From Candidatus Krumholzibacteriales bacterium (GTDB lineage Bacteria > Krumholzibacteriota > Krumholzibacteriia > Krumholzibacteriales > WJIX01), in assembly GCA_046483305.1 (NCBI GenBank), contig JAWODM010000068.1, forward strand, positions 1-64,000: a stretch of DNA of 64,000 nucleotides, written 5' to 3'. Below the pieces are notes generated by a model, which was not told where the DNA came from, did not search any database, and saw only the letters and a list, made by a program, of their open reading frames with translations. Within the stretch, counting starts at the first letter, position 1; each line of letters begins with the position of its first letter. The translations under genes were made by a program, and so were the position numbers. Of the stretch, positions 10,109 through 19,819 are shown piece after piece.

Positions 10109-10888
10109 TTAAGGCGCAAAAATAATCCTGAATATGATATTAGCCAGCAGGTAATTGGATACCAGTATAAGCAGGCAGGAGGAAACCACCGCTTTCATGG
10201 TCGCCATCCCCACTCCCTCGGCTCCGCCCCTGGTATTAAAGCCGTAATAACAGCCCATCAGAGCTATGATGTAACCGAAGAAAACAGATTTCAGCAACCC
10301 TCCCACAACATCCTGATAACGGAACAGCAGCCTCAGTCCCTCCACGAAGATATGGGGGTTCACTCCCACTGTCAGGTCTGAAACCAGCATCCCTCCCAAT
10401 ATGGCCAGCAGGTTGGAGAAAACAGTCAGAACCGGGAGCATTACAACCGCCGCCACTATCCTCGGCGTCACCAGGAAGTCGATCGGGTCGATGGCGATCA
10501 TCTCAATGGCGTCGATCTGCTCGGTCACTTTCATGGTTCCCAGTTCCGCGGCCATGGCGGCGCTCACCCTGCCCCCCACCACCAGCGCGGTGAGGACCGG
10601 CCCCAGCTCCAGCGTTACCGCCTTTCCCACCACCGCCCCGATGTATCTCAGCGGGACAAACCCCTGGAACTGATAGGCGGCCTGAACGGCGGTAACCGCC
10701 CCCACGAACAGCGAGGTAACCAGGACCAGCGGTATCGATCCTATCCCTATCCTCTCCATCTGGAAAAACAGGGAGGGAAGGTTCCTGAAGATTTCGGTTG
10801 TCCGCCTGAACGTCCTGGCCGCCAGAACGGTTATGCCGCCCACCTCTTCCAGAAATGAGATAACATATCTTCCCAGAATGACAAACAT
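10109..10888 (-). CDS. mlaE: MlaE-type ABC permease
   Basis: ELGPVLTALVVGGRV, AELGTMKVTEQIDA, GGAEGVG. Confidence 0.93.
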   Translation of the reverse strand: MFVILGRYVISFLEEVGGITVLAARTFRRTTEIFRNLPSLFFQMERIGIGSIPLVLVTSLFVGAVTAVQAAYQFQGFVPLRYIGAVVGKAVTLELGPVLTALVVGGRVSAAMAAELGTMKVTEQIDAIEMIAIDPIDFLVTPRIVAAVVMLPVLTVFSNLLAILGGMLVSDLTVGVNPHIFVEGLRLLFRYQDVVGGLLKSVFFGYIIALMGCYYGFNTRGGAEGVGMATMKAVVSSCLLILVSNYLLANIIFRIIFAP

Positions 10889-10932
10889 GCTGCAGGAAGC
10901 TCCTCCAAGTTAAGCAGGGGCTGCCGGCCGGA

Positions 10933-12309
10933 CTAGTAACCGGCCTCCGGCGGCTCCTCCGCGCGGGTATAGGAACGGAACCTGGTATACTGTTTCTCGA
11001 AATAGAGATCGACCACTCCGGTCGGGCCGTTCCTCTGCTTACCGATAATAACCTCCGCCTTCCCCTCCTTATCCGGGTCATCCTGATCGTAAACTTCCGG
11101 CCTGTACAGGAAAAGAACCAGATCGGCGTCCTGTTCGATCGCTCCCGACTCCCGCAGGTCGGAAAGCATCGGGCGCCGGTCGCCGCCCCTCGACTCCACC
11201 GCCCTGGAGAGCTGGGAAAGCGCCACTACCGGTATGTGAAGCTCCATCGCCAGAGCCTTGATCGACCTGGATATGGAAGATATCTCCTGCTGCCTGTTCT
11301 CCGCCCGGGCGCTGGAACGGAGTAGCTGCAGGTAATCCACAAAAACTATCGCCAGGTCATGCTCGGCCTTCAGCCTTCTCGCCTTGGCCCTCATATCCAG
11401 CGCGGTAATCGCCGGAGTGTCGTCGATGAATATATTCGCCTCCGAAAGAAGCCCCGCGGCGTTGGTCAGTTTTTCTATATCCTTGGCCGAGGTGAGCCCC
11501 TTGCGGACTTTCTGGGAATTGACCTGCCCCTCCGAGCAGAGAAGCCTCTGCACCAGCAGCTCCTTGGACATCTCCAGGCTGAAGACGGCAACCGGCTTCT
11601 TCTCCACCAGCCCGATATACTGAGCTACATTGAGAGCCAGACTGGTCTTGCCCATGGAGGGCCGCCCGGCGATAACTATCATTTCTCCCTCGTGGAATCC
11701 GGCGGTCAGCTTGTCCAGGTCCTGAAATCCGCTGGGAAGCCCGGTAACCGCCTCCCTGGTCTCATGTATCCTCTGAATCTCCTCGAAATGCTCCTTCAGA
11801 ACATCCTCTATATGAAAGAATCCCTGGCTTATCCTGGCCTCGGACACTCTGAAGACCCGCTGCTCCGCCGTATCAAGAATGGTATTGGCATCTTCTTCGC
11901 CCCTGTAGCAGTCGCCGGCGATCTGGGAGGAAACCTTTATAAGCTCCCTCAGTATGAATTTCTCCATCACTATCCGGGCGTAATATTCGATATTGGCCGC
12001 CGAGGGAACGCTGTCCACTATATCGGTGATGGCGCTCATCCCCCCTACCGTCTCCACGTCATCAGTCTTCCCCAGCTCCTCGGAGAGGGTCATCACATCT
12101 ATCGGCTCGTGACGGGTAAACAGGGCCACCATCGCCCGGAACAGCCTCCCGTGAGAAGGGTTATAGAAAGCGTCCATATTGATCATCTCGATCGCCCTGG
12201 AGGCAGCCTCCGGCTCCAGCATCATGCCGCCCAGAACCGCCCTCTCCGCTTCCGGTGAATGGGGGGGCATCCTTCCCTTTTCAACTCTCTCGTCAATGCT
12301 TTTTTCCAC
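10933..12309 (-). CDS. dnaB: Replicative DNA helicase (no intein)
   Basis: PPHSPEAERAVLG, GRPSMGKT, VDYLQL, LRESGAIEQDAD. Confidence 0.97.
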   Translation of the reverse strand: MEKSIDERVEKGRMPPHSPEAERAVLGGMMLEPEAASRAIEMINMDAFYNPSHGRLFRAMVALFTRHEPIDVMTLSEELGKTDDVETVGGMSAITDIVDSVPSAANIEYYARIVMEKFILRELIKVSSQIAGDCYRGEEDANTILDTAEQRVFRVSEARISQGFFHIEDVLKEHFEEIQRIHETREAVTGLPSGFQDLDKLTAGFHEGEMIVIAGRPSMGKTSLALNVAQYIGLVEKKPVAVFSLEMSKELLVQRLLCSEGQVNSQKVRKGLTSAKDIEKLTNAAGLLSEANIFIDDTPAITALDMRAKARRLKAEHDLAIVFVDYLQLLRSSARAENRQQEISSISRSIKALAMELHIPVVALSQLSRAVESRGGDRRPMLSDLRESGAIEQDADLVLFLYRPEVYDQDDPDKEGKAEVIIGKQRNGPTGVVDLYFEKQYTRFRSYTRAEEPPEAGY

Positions 12310-12348
12310 CTCAACCTCCCTTCAGGTTCGGCATCGCTGAATCGCCGC

Positions 12349-13200
12349 CTAATCCGCTTTTCCGTCGTATATCGCTCTCAGCAGCTTCATGTCTTCCCAG
12401 GCCGGCCTCTTGAAATGGGGATTCCGAAGAAGAGCGGCCGGGTGATATGTGGCTATCAGTTTTACTCCGTTGTAGTAATGTATCCTGCCCCTCATCCTGC
12501 TCAGGGAGCTTTTGGTCCTGAGCAGGGTCTGAGCCGCCACCCGGCCCAGCGCGCAGATCACTTCAGGTTTCATCAGCTCGAGCTGCTTCTGCAGGAACGG
12601 CTCGCAGGCGGCAACTTCGTCTTCTCTGGGATCGCGGTTATCCGGCGGGCGGCACTTGAGTATATTGGCTATGTAAACCTCTTCCCTGCTGAAATCCATA
12701 GCAGCCAGTATCCTGTCCAGGAGCTTCCCGGCGCGGCCCACAAAGGGAAGGCCGCTGAGGTCTTCCTCCCTGCCCGGGGCCTCTCCCACGAAAACAATCC
12801 CCGCCCGCGGGTCGCCGGCGCCGAAGACAGTTCTGGTCCTGCTTTTGCTGAGAGGGCAGAGCGCGCATTTTTCGACCTTTCCGGCCAGGCTCTTCATATC
12901 GTCCCCGGAAAGATCATGCTCTGCCGAAGCTCCCTGTTCCGCGAACAGCCTGTCCTGAACGGCCTCCACGGTATTGAATACTATACCGGTTTCTATATTG
13001 CTGATATCCATCTTCTCTTTCTTTTCAATTTTCGCCGCCGGCTTCTTCTCTTCAACTTTCCGGGCCGGCTGTTCCGGTTCTTCCTCCCCCGCGGTCACAG
13101 CCTCCGGGCTGCGGTACAGCAGGTCATTCCCCCTTACCGCCATGGAGCAGAGATATCTTCTTATATCGTCCCTGGCGTCAGTCACCTGATCCCTCTTCAA
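12349..13200 (-). CDS. Family 4 uracil-DNA glycosylase (Fe-S) with N-terminal extension
   Basis: CxxCx[29 protein letters not shown]. Confidence 0.92.
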   Translation of the reverse strand: MKRDQVTDARDDIRRYLCSMAVRGNDLLYRSPEAVTAGEEEPEQPARKVEEKKPAAKIEKKEKMDISNIETGIVFNTVEAVQDRLFAEQGASAEHDLSGDDMKSLAGKVEKCALCPLSKSRTRTVFGAGDPRAGIVFVGEAPGREEDLSGLPFVGRAGKLLDRILAAMDFSREEVYIANILKCRPPDNRDPREDEVAACEPFLQKQLELMKPEVICALGRVAAQTLLRTKSSLSRMRGRIHYYNGVKLIATYHPAALLRNPHFKRPAWEDMKLLRAIYDGKAD

Positions 13201-14413
13201 CCAGCTGATTCAGAATCACTCCGGCAGCTTCATCCTTGGTAATCAGTCCGGTGGACAGCACTTTCCCCTCCCGGTTATATATGGTTATCCGGTTGGTGGG
13301 CGCTGAAAATCCCGTCCGGGCGCCGATAACGTTAAGCACCATCAGGTCGCAGTTCTTTTCCTTCAGTTTCTTCATTGCCGCCCCGTCATCCTCCTCGCAC
13401 TCCAGGGCAAACCCCACCGTCCTCTGCGACTTGCCCTTTCTATCGCCGGCCATCTTCAGTATATCATCTGTTTTTTCGAGCTCAAGGGCGATCGAGTCCG
13501 CCTCGCGTCTGATCTTGCCCTCCCCGGGCGAGGATGGCTTATAATCCGAAACAGCCGCAGTCATAATGAGAGTATCGTGGCCCGCGAACCGGTCCAGTAC
13601 CGCCTCTTTCATAGCCGAAGCGGTAACAGCCTCAATCTTCTTCTCCACCGCCGGCACCGGAACATCCACGGCTCCGCAGACCAGGGTCACCTCCGCTCCC
13701 ATCTCGCCGGCCCTCCGCGCTATAGCGCACCCCATTCTTCCGCTGGACCGGTTGGTTATGTAACGGACGCTGTCGATACTTTCCTCGGTCCGGCCCGCCG
13801 TGACCAGTATCTTCCTGCCGGCCAGCATCCCTTCGCTCCTGAAAGATTCCGCTGCCGCCGCCGCTATCTCTTCGGGCTCCGCCATTCTTCCCGTTCCCTG
13901 ATCCCCGCAGGCCAGCTCTCCGGTACCCGGATGTATGAACGCGAATCCGTCTCCCCGCAGAATGTCGACGTTCCTGACGGTGGCCCTATTCTGCCACATA
14001 CCTTCATTCATGGCCGGAGCGAGTATAACCGGGCACCGGGCCGCGCTGATAACCGCGCTGGCCAGGTCATCCGCCATCCCGGCTGCTATCCTGGCCATGA
14101 AATCGGCGGTAGCCGGGGCCACCACTATCCTTTCGGCCCAGGACGCCAGGTCGATATGGATAACCGAATGATCGTCCCGCCGGGGAAACATGGAGACAGC
14201 TACCGGGTTCCCGGTAAGTGTCTTGAATGTCAGGGGGGTAACAAATCTGGTTGCCGCTTCGGTCATTACCACCCGCACCTCCGCCCCTTCCCTCTTCATA
14301 ATACGGCTCAGGTAAGCTGATTTATATACAGAAATGCCGCCCGAGGCGATAAGAACTATTCTTCGTCCCGCAACCCCTCTGTCCTGCCTATTCTTCCTCC
14401 CGCTTTTCTTCAT
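13178..14413 (-). CDS. coaBC: Bifunctional PPC decarboxylase/PPC synthetase
   Basis: PATAD, PAMNEGMW, LACGDQGTGRM, NRSSGRMG, AAVSDY. Confidence 0.95.
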   Translation of the reverse strand: MKKSGRKNRQDRGVAGRRIVLIASGGISVYKSAYLSRIMKREGAEVRVVMTEAATRFVTPLTFKTLTGNPVAVSMFPRRDDHSVIHIDLASWAERIVVAPATADFMARIAAGMADDLASAVISAARCPVILAPAMNEGMWQNRATVRNVDILRGDGFAFIHPGTGELACGDQGTGRMAEPEEIAAAAAESFRSEGMLAGRKILVTAGRTEESIDSVRYITNRSSGRMGCAIARRAGEMGAEVTLVCGAVDVPVPAVEKKIEAVTASAMKEAVLDRFAGHDTLIMTAAVSDYKPSSPGEGKIRREADSIALELEKTDDILKMAGDRKGKSQRTVGFALECEEDDGAAMKKLKEKNCDLMVLNVIGARTGFSAPTNRITIYNREGKVLSTGLITKDEAAGVILNQLVEEGSGD

Positions 14414-14597
14414 ATTTATACTTTACCTTACCTTCAGCTACCCGCCTGAGCGCGATGGTAGTGGGTTTTTCGCTGACTTCCTCGCCTGATAACCTGATAA
14501 TGGCATTTATCCGGGCCGCTTCTTCGGCCACTACCATTACCCCTTCGTAGCGATTGTCAACCTTATCGAGCAGATCTTCCATCAACTTTACATCCAT
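14388..14597 (-). CDS. rpoZ: RNA polymerase omega subunit
   Basis: NRYEGVMVVAEEAARI and KPTTIAL motifs; gmk-rpoZ-coaBC synteny. Confidence 0.85.
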   Translation of the reverse strand: MDVKLMEDLLDKVDNRYEGVMVVAEEAARINAIIRLSGEEVSEKPTTIALRRVAEGKVKYKYEEKREEE

Positions 14598-14683
14598 GTA
14601 TCCACCTCTAAAAACAGATCAGAATTCAATACGATTTAAAAAATTTCAAAATACCATAGAGTAGTAATAGATAATACATTCTG

Positions 14684-15295
14684 CTACTTGTTTTCAATAA
14701 CTTTTATCATTTTAATCCGCCGCCTGCTCATCGCCTCAGCCCTTATAATGCCGCATACCCTCTCCACCGCGTCCTTCAGCCGGTCGTTAATCACTATGTA
14801 ATCGTAGTTTCTCCAGTGCCCCAGCTCGTTGAGGGCGTTATCCAGCCTTCTCCTGATGGTCTCTTCCTGTTCGGTACCGCGGCCCCGCAGCCTCTCCTCC
14901 AGCGCCTCCATGGAAGGGGGAACCACCATTATCAGGACAGATTCCGGCAGCTCACGCTTAACCGATTCTCCGCCCTTGACATCTATCTCCAGCATCAGGT
15001 TCCATCCATCTTCCAGCCTGCTCCTGACGAAATCCTTTCCGGTTCCGTAGAGATTGCCGTAAACCTCGGCCCACTCTATCAGGTCGTTATTCCGGATATG
15101 CCTCTGGAACTGATCCCTGTCCACGAAGAAGTACTCTTCTCCGTCTTTTTCCCCTCCCCGGGGAGGGCGGGTGGTGTACGAAACAGACCTCTTCATATTA
15201 TCGAACGATTCCAGTGCCCGGTCGGCTATGGTGGACTTGCCCACCCCCGACGGCCCCGATATGACTGTTACGAATGGTTCGCTGGATTCAATAAT
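14684..15295 (-). CDS. gmk: Guanylate kinase; probable ATT start at 15295 or 15292 (ORF track starts at 15244, inside the P-loop)
   Basis: ISGPSGVGKST P-loop, SYTTRPPRGGE, YGT, LEIDVKG. Confidence 0.92.
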   Translation of the reverse strand: MIESSEPFVTVISGPSGVGKSTIADRALESFDNMKRSVSYTTRPPRGGEKDGEEYFFVDRDQFQRHIRNNDLIEWAEVYGNLYGTGKDFVRSRLEDGWNLMLEIDVKGGESVKRELPESVLIMVVPPSMEALEERLRGRGTEQEETIRRRLDNALNELGHWRNYDYIVINDRLKDAVERVCGIIRAEAMSRRRIKMIKVIENK

Positions 15296-15317
15296 CTCCG
15301 CACCTCCGGAAGCTCAG

Positions 15318-15456
15318 CTATTCTTTACCCTCCAGCCTCTGCATCAGGGTCTCCACACCTGCCGCAGGCAGGATCGCCTGATCAGAAGTGGTTATTCAGA
15401 CCGATCAATTTCTTCCTTCCGGCCGTCTCCTCGTTGTATTCCAATTCAGACGGCAT
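15318..15456 (-). pseudogene. remA: Degenerate remnant of DUF370/RemA
   Basis: Two out-of-frame fragments (ETAGRKKLIG; ITTSDQAILPAAGVETLMQRLE*) resembling the RemA C-terminus, in the usual yicC-remA-gmk position. Confidence 0.55.
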
Positions 15457-15462
15457 CTGACG

Positions 15463-16353
15463 CTACTCCAGGTTAGCCACCTGCTCCCTGATCTTTTCGA
15501 TACTTTCCTTTATATTAAGGGACTGATTTATTATCTCCACATCCGAAGCCTTGCTTCCCAGGGTGTTAGCCTCCCGGTGCATCTCCTGAAGCAGGAACTT
15601 CAGCTTCTTGGCCGCCTCTTCCTTCTCCTCTATCTCCTTCTCGAACTGAGTGATATGGGATTTCATCCTGGCGAGCTCCTCTGAAAAATCCATCTTCTCG
15701 GCCATGATCGCCACTTCGTTGAGCCATCTGCCCTCGTCCACTTCGGTGTCTTTCAGCAGATCGGCCACCCTCTTTCTGGCCTGCTCGAAATACTCTTCCG
15801 CGGCGCCGTCCGCTCTGCTCTCGATCTCCTCCAGAGAACCTTTGACCGTCTGCATCTTCTCCAGTATATCACCCTTGAGCTCTTCACCCTCGGCGGTTCT
15901 CATCTTAACGCACATCTGAAGTGCCTGCTCCAGGGCCTCTCCCACCGCCTTGGAGAGCTCATCAATGGGGATTTCCGCTTCGTTTTCGATAATAGCTTCG
16001 GGCACCTGCAGCAGAGAGCTCATATCTATGGTCCCGGGGATTCCGTTCTCGGAACTGAATTCAATCAGCTCCCGGTAGAGCTTGTTCAGGTAAATCCTGT
16101 TAAGACCGATATGCCCGGCCCTGTAATCAGAATCAAAAGAAACTACCGTATTTACACTCCCCCTCTTTATCACTTCCCTGATTCTGCTCTCGATATCCTG
16201 CTGCAGCGGTTTTATCTCCCGGGGAAGTTTGGTGGAGAAATTGATAAAGCGGTGATTAACGGTTCTTACTTCAACCATGATAGAGCCATTCTGAAACTCC
16301 GCTTCCCCCTTGCCGTAACCTGTCATGCTTCGAACCATTATTTCCTCCCGCAT
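15463..16353 (-). CDS. yicC: YicC/YloC family endoribonuclease
   Basis: SMTGYG, VNHRF, EELARMKSH, QEMHREANTLGSK, REQVANLE. Confidence 0.94.
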   Translation of the reverse strand: MREEIMVRSMTGYGKGEAEFQNGSIMVEVRTVNHRFINFSTKLPREIKPLQQDIESRIREVIKRGSVNTVVSFDSDYRAGHIGLNRIYLNKLYRELIEFSSENGIPGTIDMSSLLQVPEAIIENEAEIPIDELSKAVGEALEQALQMCVKMRTAEGEELKGDILEKMQTVKGSLEEIESRADGAAEEYFEQARKRVADLLKDTEVDEGRWLNEVAIMAEKMDFSEELARMKSHITQFEKEIEEKEEAAKKLKFLLQEMHREANTLGSKASDVEIINQSLNIKESIEKIREQVANLE

Positions 16354-16486
16354 TTATCGCTGGCGGCTCCGGGGTTGAACGCCTCCTCCCGGGTACCCTC
16401 TCAACAGTCTCCATATTAATCCCAAACCGCCCGGATTGTAAAGCCAATTAATCCCGCCGGAGGCCCGCTCTTCTGTTGATAATAAA

Positions 16487-16515
16487 TTGACTTGCCCGCT
16501 TCTTATCCCTATCAT
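16487..16515 (+). promoter_or_regulatory. sigma70-like promoter of the NFACT gene
   Basis: TTGACT-17-TATCAT, 10 nt before ATG 16526. Confidence 0.55.
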
Positions 16516-16525
16516 CAGCAGCAGG

Positions 16526-18160
16526 ATGAACAGTCTGGCCGCATACGTTCTGGGGCGCCGCCTCGGCGCCATGTTAGAGGGGGGATTCATAGAATCCATC
16601 CGCGGTTACCCCGGACTGCTCAGTTTTTCGCTATCGGGAGCGCCCTTCCGGCTGATGAACATTTTCCGGCTTGACCGCCATTCCGGAATTCTGTTCTCAG
16701 ATTCGCCCCTGGCCGATCCCTCCAACTCCATACCGATATTCAAGCAGGCATGGGGAGGAAGAATTACCGGCGCGGAGTCTCTGGGAATAGACAGAGTGCT
16801 GCTTCTGAAGGCAGGAGGAGATGAGGGCTGGGAGAGGTCCAATCCATATATTTTCAGGATAGATTTCATAACTCCAGGGGTGCCGGTAACTCTCTTCGGC
16901 GGGGAAGACCTCCGGCTGATCACAGTTTCTGGAAATATCGGCGGAAGAGAGTCCATCACTCCCTGGACCAGACCTGAATCCGCCCCTTTCTCGCTGCTGT
17001 CGCTTCCGGAAGAGGTTCCCTCAGAACTTGCCGGAAGCGGCGGCAAAATCGCCGGCCCCGCCGGCCGCACTCTCCCGGAACTTGTCGAAGGGCTTGACCC
17101 TGCCGCCGCCGGGGCGATATCCGCACACTGCGGGGACGACCCCGATTCGGTATGGGACTATCTCAGGAACCTGGCCGGGCGGCTGGAAACCGACGTCGGC
17201 CGGTGGCGCCTGTACCGGCACGGCGAAAGAACCGTCATCTACCCGGTCTCTCTGCCTTTCGGGGTAGAGCCTCTCAAAACGGGCGAATACAACGAGGTCA
17301 TGAAATACCACGCGGAAGAGACTGTTTTCCCGGAATTCATGGATAAACTCAGAGGAATGGCCCTGAGCAACATCCGCAGCAGGAGCAGAAAGCTGAAGCG
17401 GCTCATCAAGAACCTCCGGCGTGACCACCGGGAGGCGGAAAAGTACCGGGAATACCTCAGGCGGGGAAACCTGCTGGCCTCCAACTTCAATAAACTCAGG
17501 AAAGGGATGAAGGAGGTTACCCTGCCGGACCTCTCCGGCAAGCGTCAGGTCACCATCCCCCTGAAACAGAAGCTCACTCCGCAGAAAAATATCAAGCTCT
17601 ACTTCAGGAAGGCGAAAAAGGGAGAGGCCGGTTTGGGCAGGATAAGAGAGAGGATCAAACAGGCGGAAAAAGAGCTTGCCCGGGCAGAGGATACCATGGA
17701 GAGGATAGAAAAGGGCTCCAGCCCCGATCAACTGTATCGATACATAGAGAAAAGGAGCGGGCAGGATGAGGGCGGAGAAGAAACCGGGGGGGGAAATTTC
17801 AGGAAATACACCATAGAGGGGAAATACACAGTCTACGTTGGAAGAAACGCCAGGGAGAACGACCGCCTGACCCATGCGTTCGCCTCCGGCAGGGACCTCT
17901 GGTTCCATGCCAGGGGAGTGCCCGGCTCTCACGTGGTACTGCGCGGGGCTAACCGCTCCACTCCGCCCCGTATACTGAAAAAAGCTGCCGCTATAGCGGC
18001 CTACTTCAGTAAATCACGCAATTCCGAACTTGTTCCGGTAAGCTATACTGAAAAAAGATATGTCCGCAAACCGAGGAAATCTCCCCCCGGAACGGCTCGC
18101 CTCGAGCGCGAGTCCACTCTCTTCGTCGGCCCTTCACTGCCCGATGATGAATCCTGTTAG
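16526..18160 (+). CDS. rqcH: NFACT/RqcH (Rqc2, FbpA-like) ribosome quality-control factor
   Basis: GIDRVL, coiled coil with NIKLYFRKAKK, NFACT-R motifs VGRNARENDRLT, LWFHARGVPGSHV, AAYFSK. Confidence 0.85.
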   Translation: MNSLAAYVLGRRLGAMLEGGFIESIRGYPGLLSFSLSGAPFRLMNIFRLDRHSGILFSDSPLADPSNSIPIFKQAWGGRITGAESLGIDRVLLLKAGGDEGWERSNPYIFRIDFITPGVPVTLFGGEDLRLITVSGNIGGRESITPWTRPESAPFSLLSLPEEVPSELAGSGGKIAGPAGRTLPELVEGLDPAAAGAISAHCGDDPDSVWDYLRNLAGRLETDVGRWRLYRHGERTVIYPVSLPFGVEPLKTGEYNEVMKYHAEETVFPEFMDKLRGMALSNIRSRSRKLKRLIKNLRRDHREAEKYREYLRRGNLLASNFNKLRKGMKEVTLPDLSGKRQVTIPLKQKLTPQKNIKLYFRKAKKGEAGLGRIRERIKQAEKELARAEDTMERIEKGSSPDQLYRYIEKRSGQDEGGEETGGGNFRKYTIEGKYTVYVGRNARENDRLTHAFASGRDLWFHARGVPGSHVVLRGANRSTPPRILKKAAAIAAYFSKSRNSELVPVSYTEKRYVRKPRKSPPGTARLERESTLFVGPSLPDDESC

Positions 18161-18180
18161 ATGATATGCCTGTGAACTGT

Positions 18181-18543
18181 TTACTTCTCCGCGTATCCCG
18201 TCTCGGTCCCCAGGAGGTATGTCTCTCCGTCGTCACTACTTACTCCAAGCTCCACGGTAGAGAATGTGCTCCACTGCACGTATACAGGAGGGTATTCTGA
18301 ATACTCTTCATAGGCTGGAATGATATCAAGCTGGACCTTCTGTGGATCATATTCGGAGAAGAACAACGAATAGGTTCCCTGTGAATATATGGAATATGTA
18401 ATTCCCTCAAAAGTAACGATCTTGCAGCCGCTACTGACCTTCACGGGTTTGGCCATTGCGTATTCCCCCTCGGACTGGACCATCGAAGCGGCGAGAGATA
18501 GAAGCAGAACCACTGCAATTATCACTCTACTACATTTCTCCAT
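18181..18543 (-). CDS. Small secreted hypothetical protein
   Basis: Signal peptide-like N-terminus, GGGGAGG RBS, lower GC than neighbours. Confidence 0.6.
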   Translation of the reverse strand: MEKCSRVIIAVVLLLSLAASMVQSEGEYAMAKPVKVSSGCKIVTFEGITYSIYSQGTYSLFFSEYDPQKVQLDIIPAYEEYSEYPPVYVQWSTFSTVELGVSSDDGETYLLGTETGYAEK

Positions 18544-18762
18544 TCAAACTTCCTCCCCATTAAGTACTCTTCTCAGCAGTTCCTTATTTGCGGTCCTTAA
18601 GGGTGTATTTCAAAGACGCTGAATTATAACATTATATAGTGTTTCGTTCAAGATTAATCTTGCGTAACCCGCTGAAACAGACTGAAAAAAGGCAGATACA
18701 CCTATCAATGAATAAAATATGACCTGAATATTGTGATATTCTGACACAGTTGGATTTCCACC

Positions 18763-19815
18763 CTAATCCATCCCGGCGATCTCCCGAAGAAGCGCCTCCA
18801 GGAGGTCCCCTTTCACCGGGCCGGCCTTTTTCCCCTTCCTGAACAGAATCGCCCCGCCCGGGGCGCCGGCGATCCCCACATCCGCCTCCGCTGCCTCTCC
18901 GGGGCCGTTCACTTCACACCCCATCACCGCTACGGTAATATTCTTTTTCAGCGACAGAATACCCCTCTCCACTTCCGATGCTATCCCCGGAACGTCGATA
19001 TGGCACCTTCCGCAGGTTGGACAGGAGATTACCCTGGGTATATCCTCTCTGATCCCCAGCGCCGAGAGCAGAGCGGCAGCCGCTATCACCTCTTCCACCG
19101 GATCCGCCGAAAGGGATATCCTGACTGTATCCCCGATCCCTTCACTGAGAAGAAAAGCCAGGGAAACAGCCGACCTTACCGCCCCGCTGAGAGGGGGGCC
19201 TGCTTCGGTCACCCCTATATGCAGCGGGTAATCGTTATCGGACGCGAATAATCTGTTACTCTCCAGGTTTATCATCGGATCGGAGGATTTGATGCTGAAT
19301 ATGAGGTCTTCGAATCCGATCTTCTCCATCAGGTCTTTTGCGCGCAGGGCGCTCTCGCATAAGGCCTTCGCGGGATTTTCGCGGTACATCCCCTCCAGCT
19401 TCTTTTCCAGGGAGCCTGAATTGACTCCTACCCTCACCGGGATCCCCGCTTCGCCGGCCGCTTCGGCAACCTCTCTGACCCTGCCGGCCCCCCCGATATT
19501 TCCCGGGTTTATCCTCAGTCCCGCCACTCCCCTGCGGGCCGCCTCTACCGCCAGTGTATGATTGAAATGAACGTCGGCGATAACCGGGATCGGCGACTCC
19601 GCGCAGATCCTCTCCAGAGCCCCCGCGTCCTCGATATCCTTTACCGAGACCCTGGCTATCTCGCATCCGGCTCCCGCCAGCCTGTCCAGCTCATCCAGCA
19701 CTCCCTGCGGGTCCGACCCCTTCCTGGTGCTCATCGACTGTATGGATACCGGAGCATCCCCCCCCACCGGAAATCCCCGGTACCTTATCTGCCTGGTTTT
19801 TCTTCTGCTTATCAT
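18763..19815 (-). CDS. ispG: HMBPP synthase (two-domain type)
   Basis: IQSM, ADVHF, RINPGNIG, GVNSGSL, SCPTCGRC, MGCEVNGPGEA. Confidence 0.96.
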   Translation of the reverse strand: MISRRKTRQIRYRGFPVGGDAPVSIQSMSTRKGSDPQGVLDELDRLAGAGCEIARVSVKDIEDAGALERICAESPIPVIADVHFNHTLAVEAARRGVAGLRINPGNIGGAGRVREVAEAAGEAGIPVRVGVNSGSLEKKLEGMYRENPAKALCESALRAKDLMEKIGFEDLIFSIKSSDPMINLESNRLFASDNDYPLHIGVTEAGPPLSGAVRSAVSLAFLLSEGIGDTVRISLSADPVEEVIAAAALLSALGIREDIPRVISCPTCGRCHIDVPGIASEVERGILSLKKNITVAVMGCEVNGPGEAAEADVGIAGAPGGAILFRKGKKAGPVKGDLLEALLREIAGMD

Positions 19816-19819
19816 GATA

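Noticed and set aside
10933..12309. Intein in dnaB
   Set aside because: Normal length (458 aa) with contiguous motifs
18732..18748. CRP-like site TGTGATATTCTGACACA
   Set aside because: Half-site spacing is off by one and it is a single weak match
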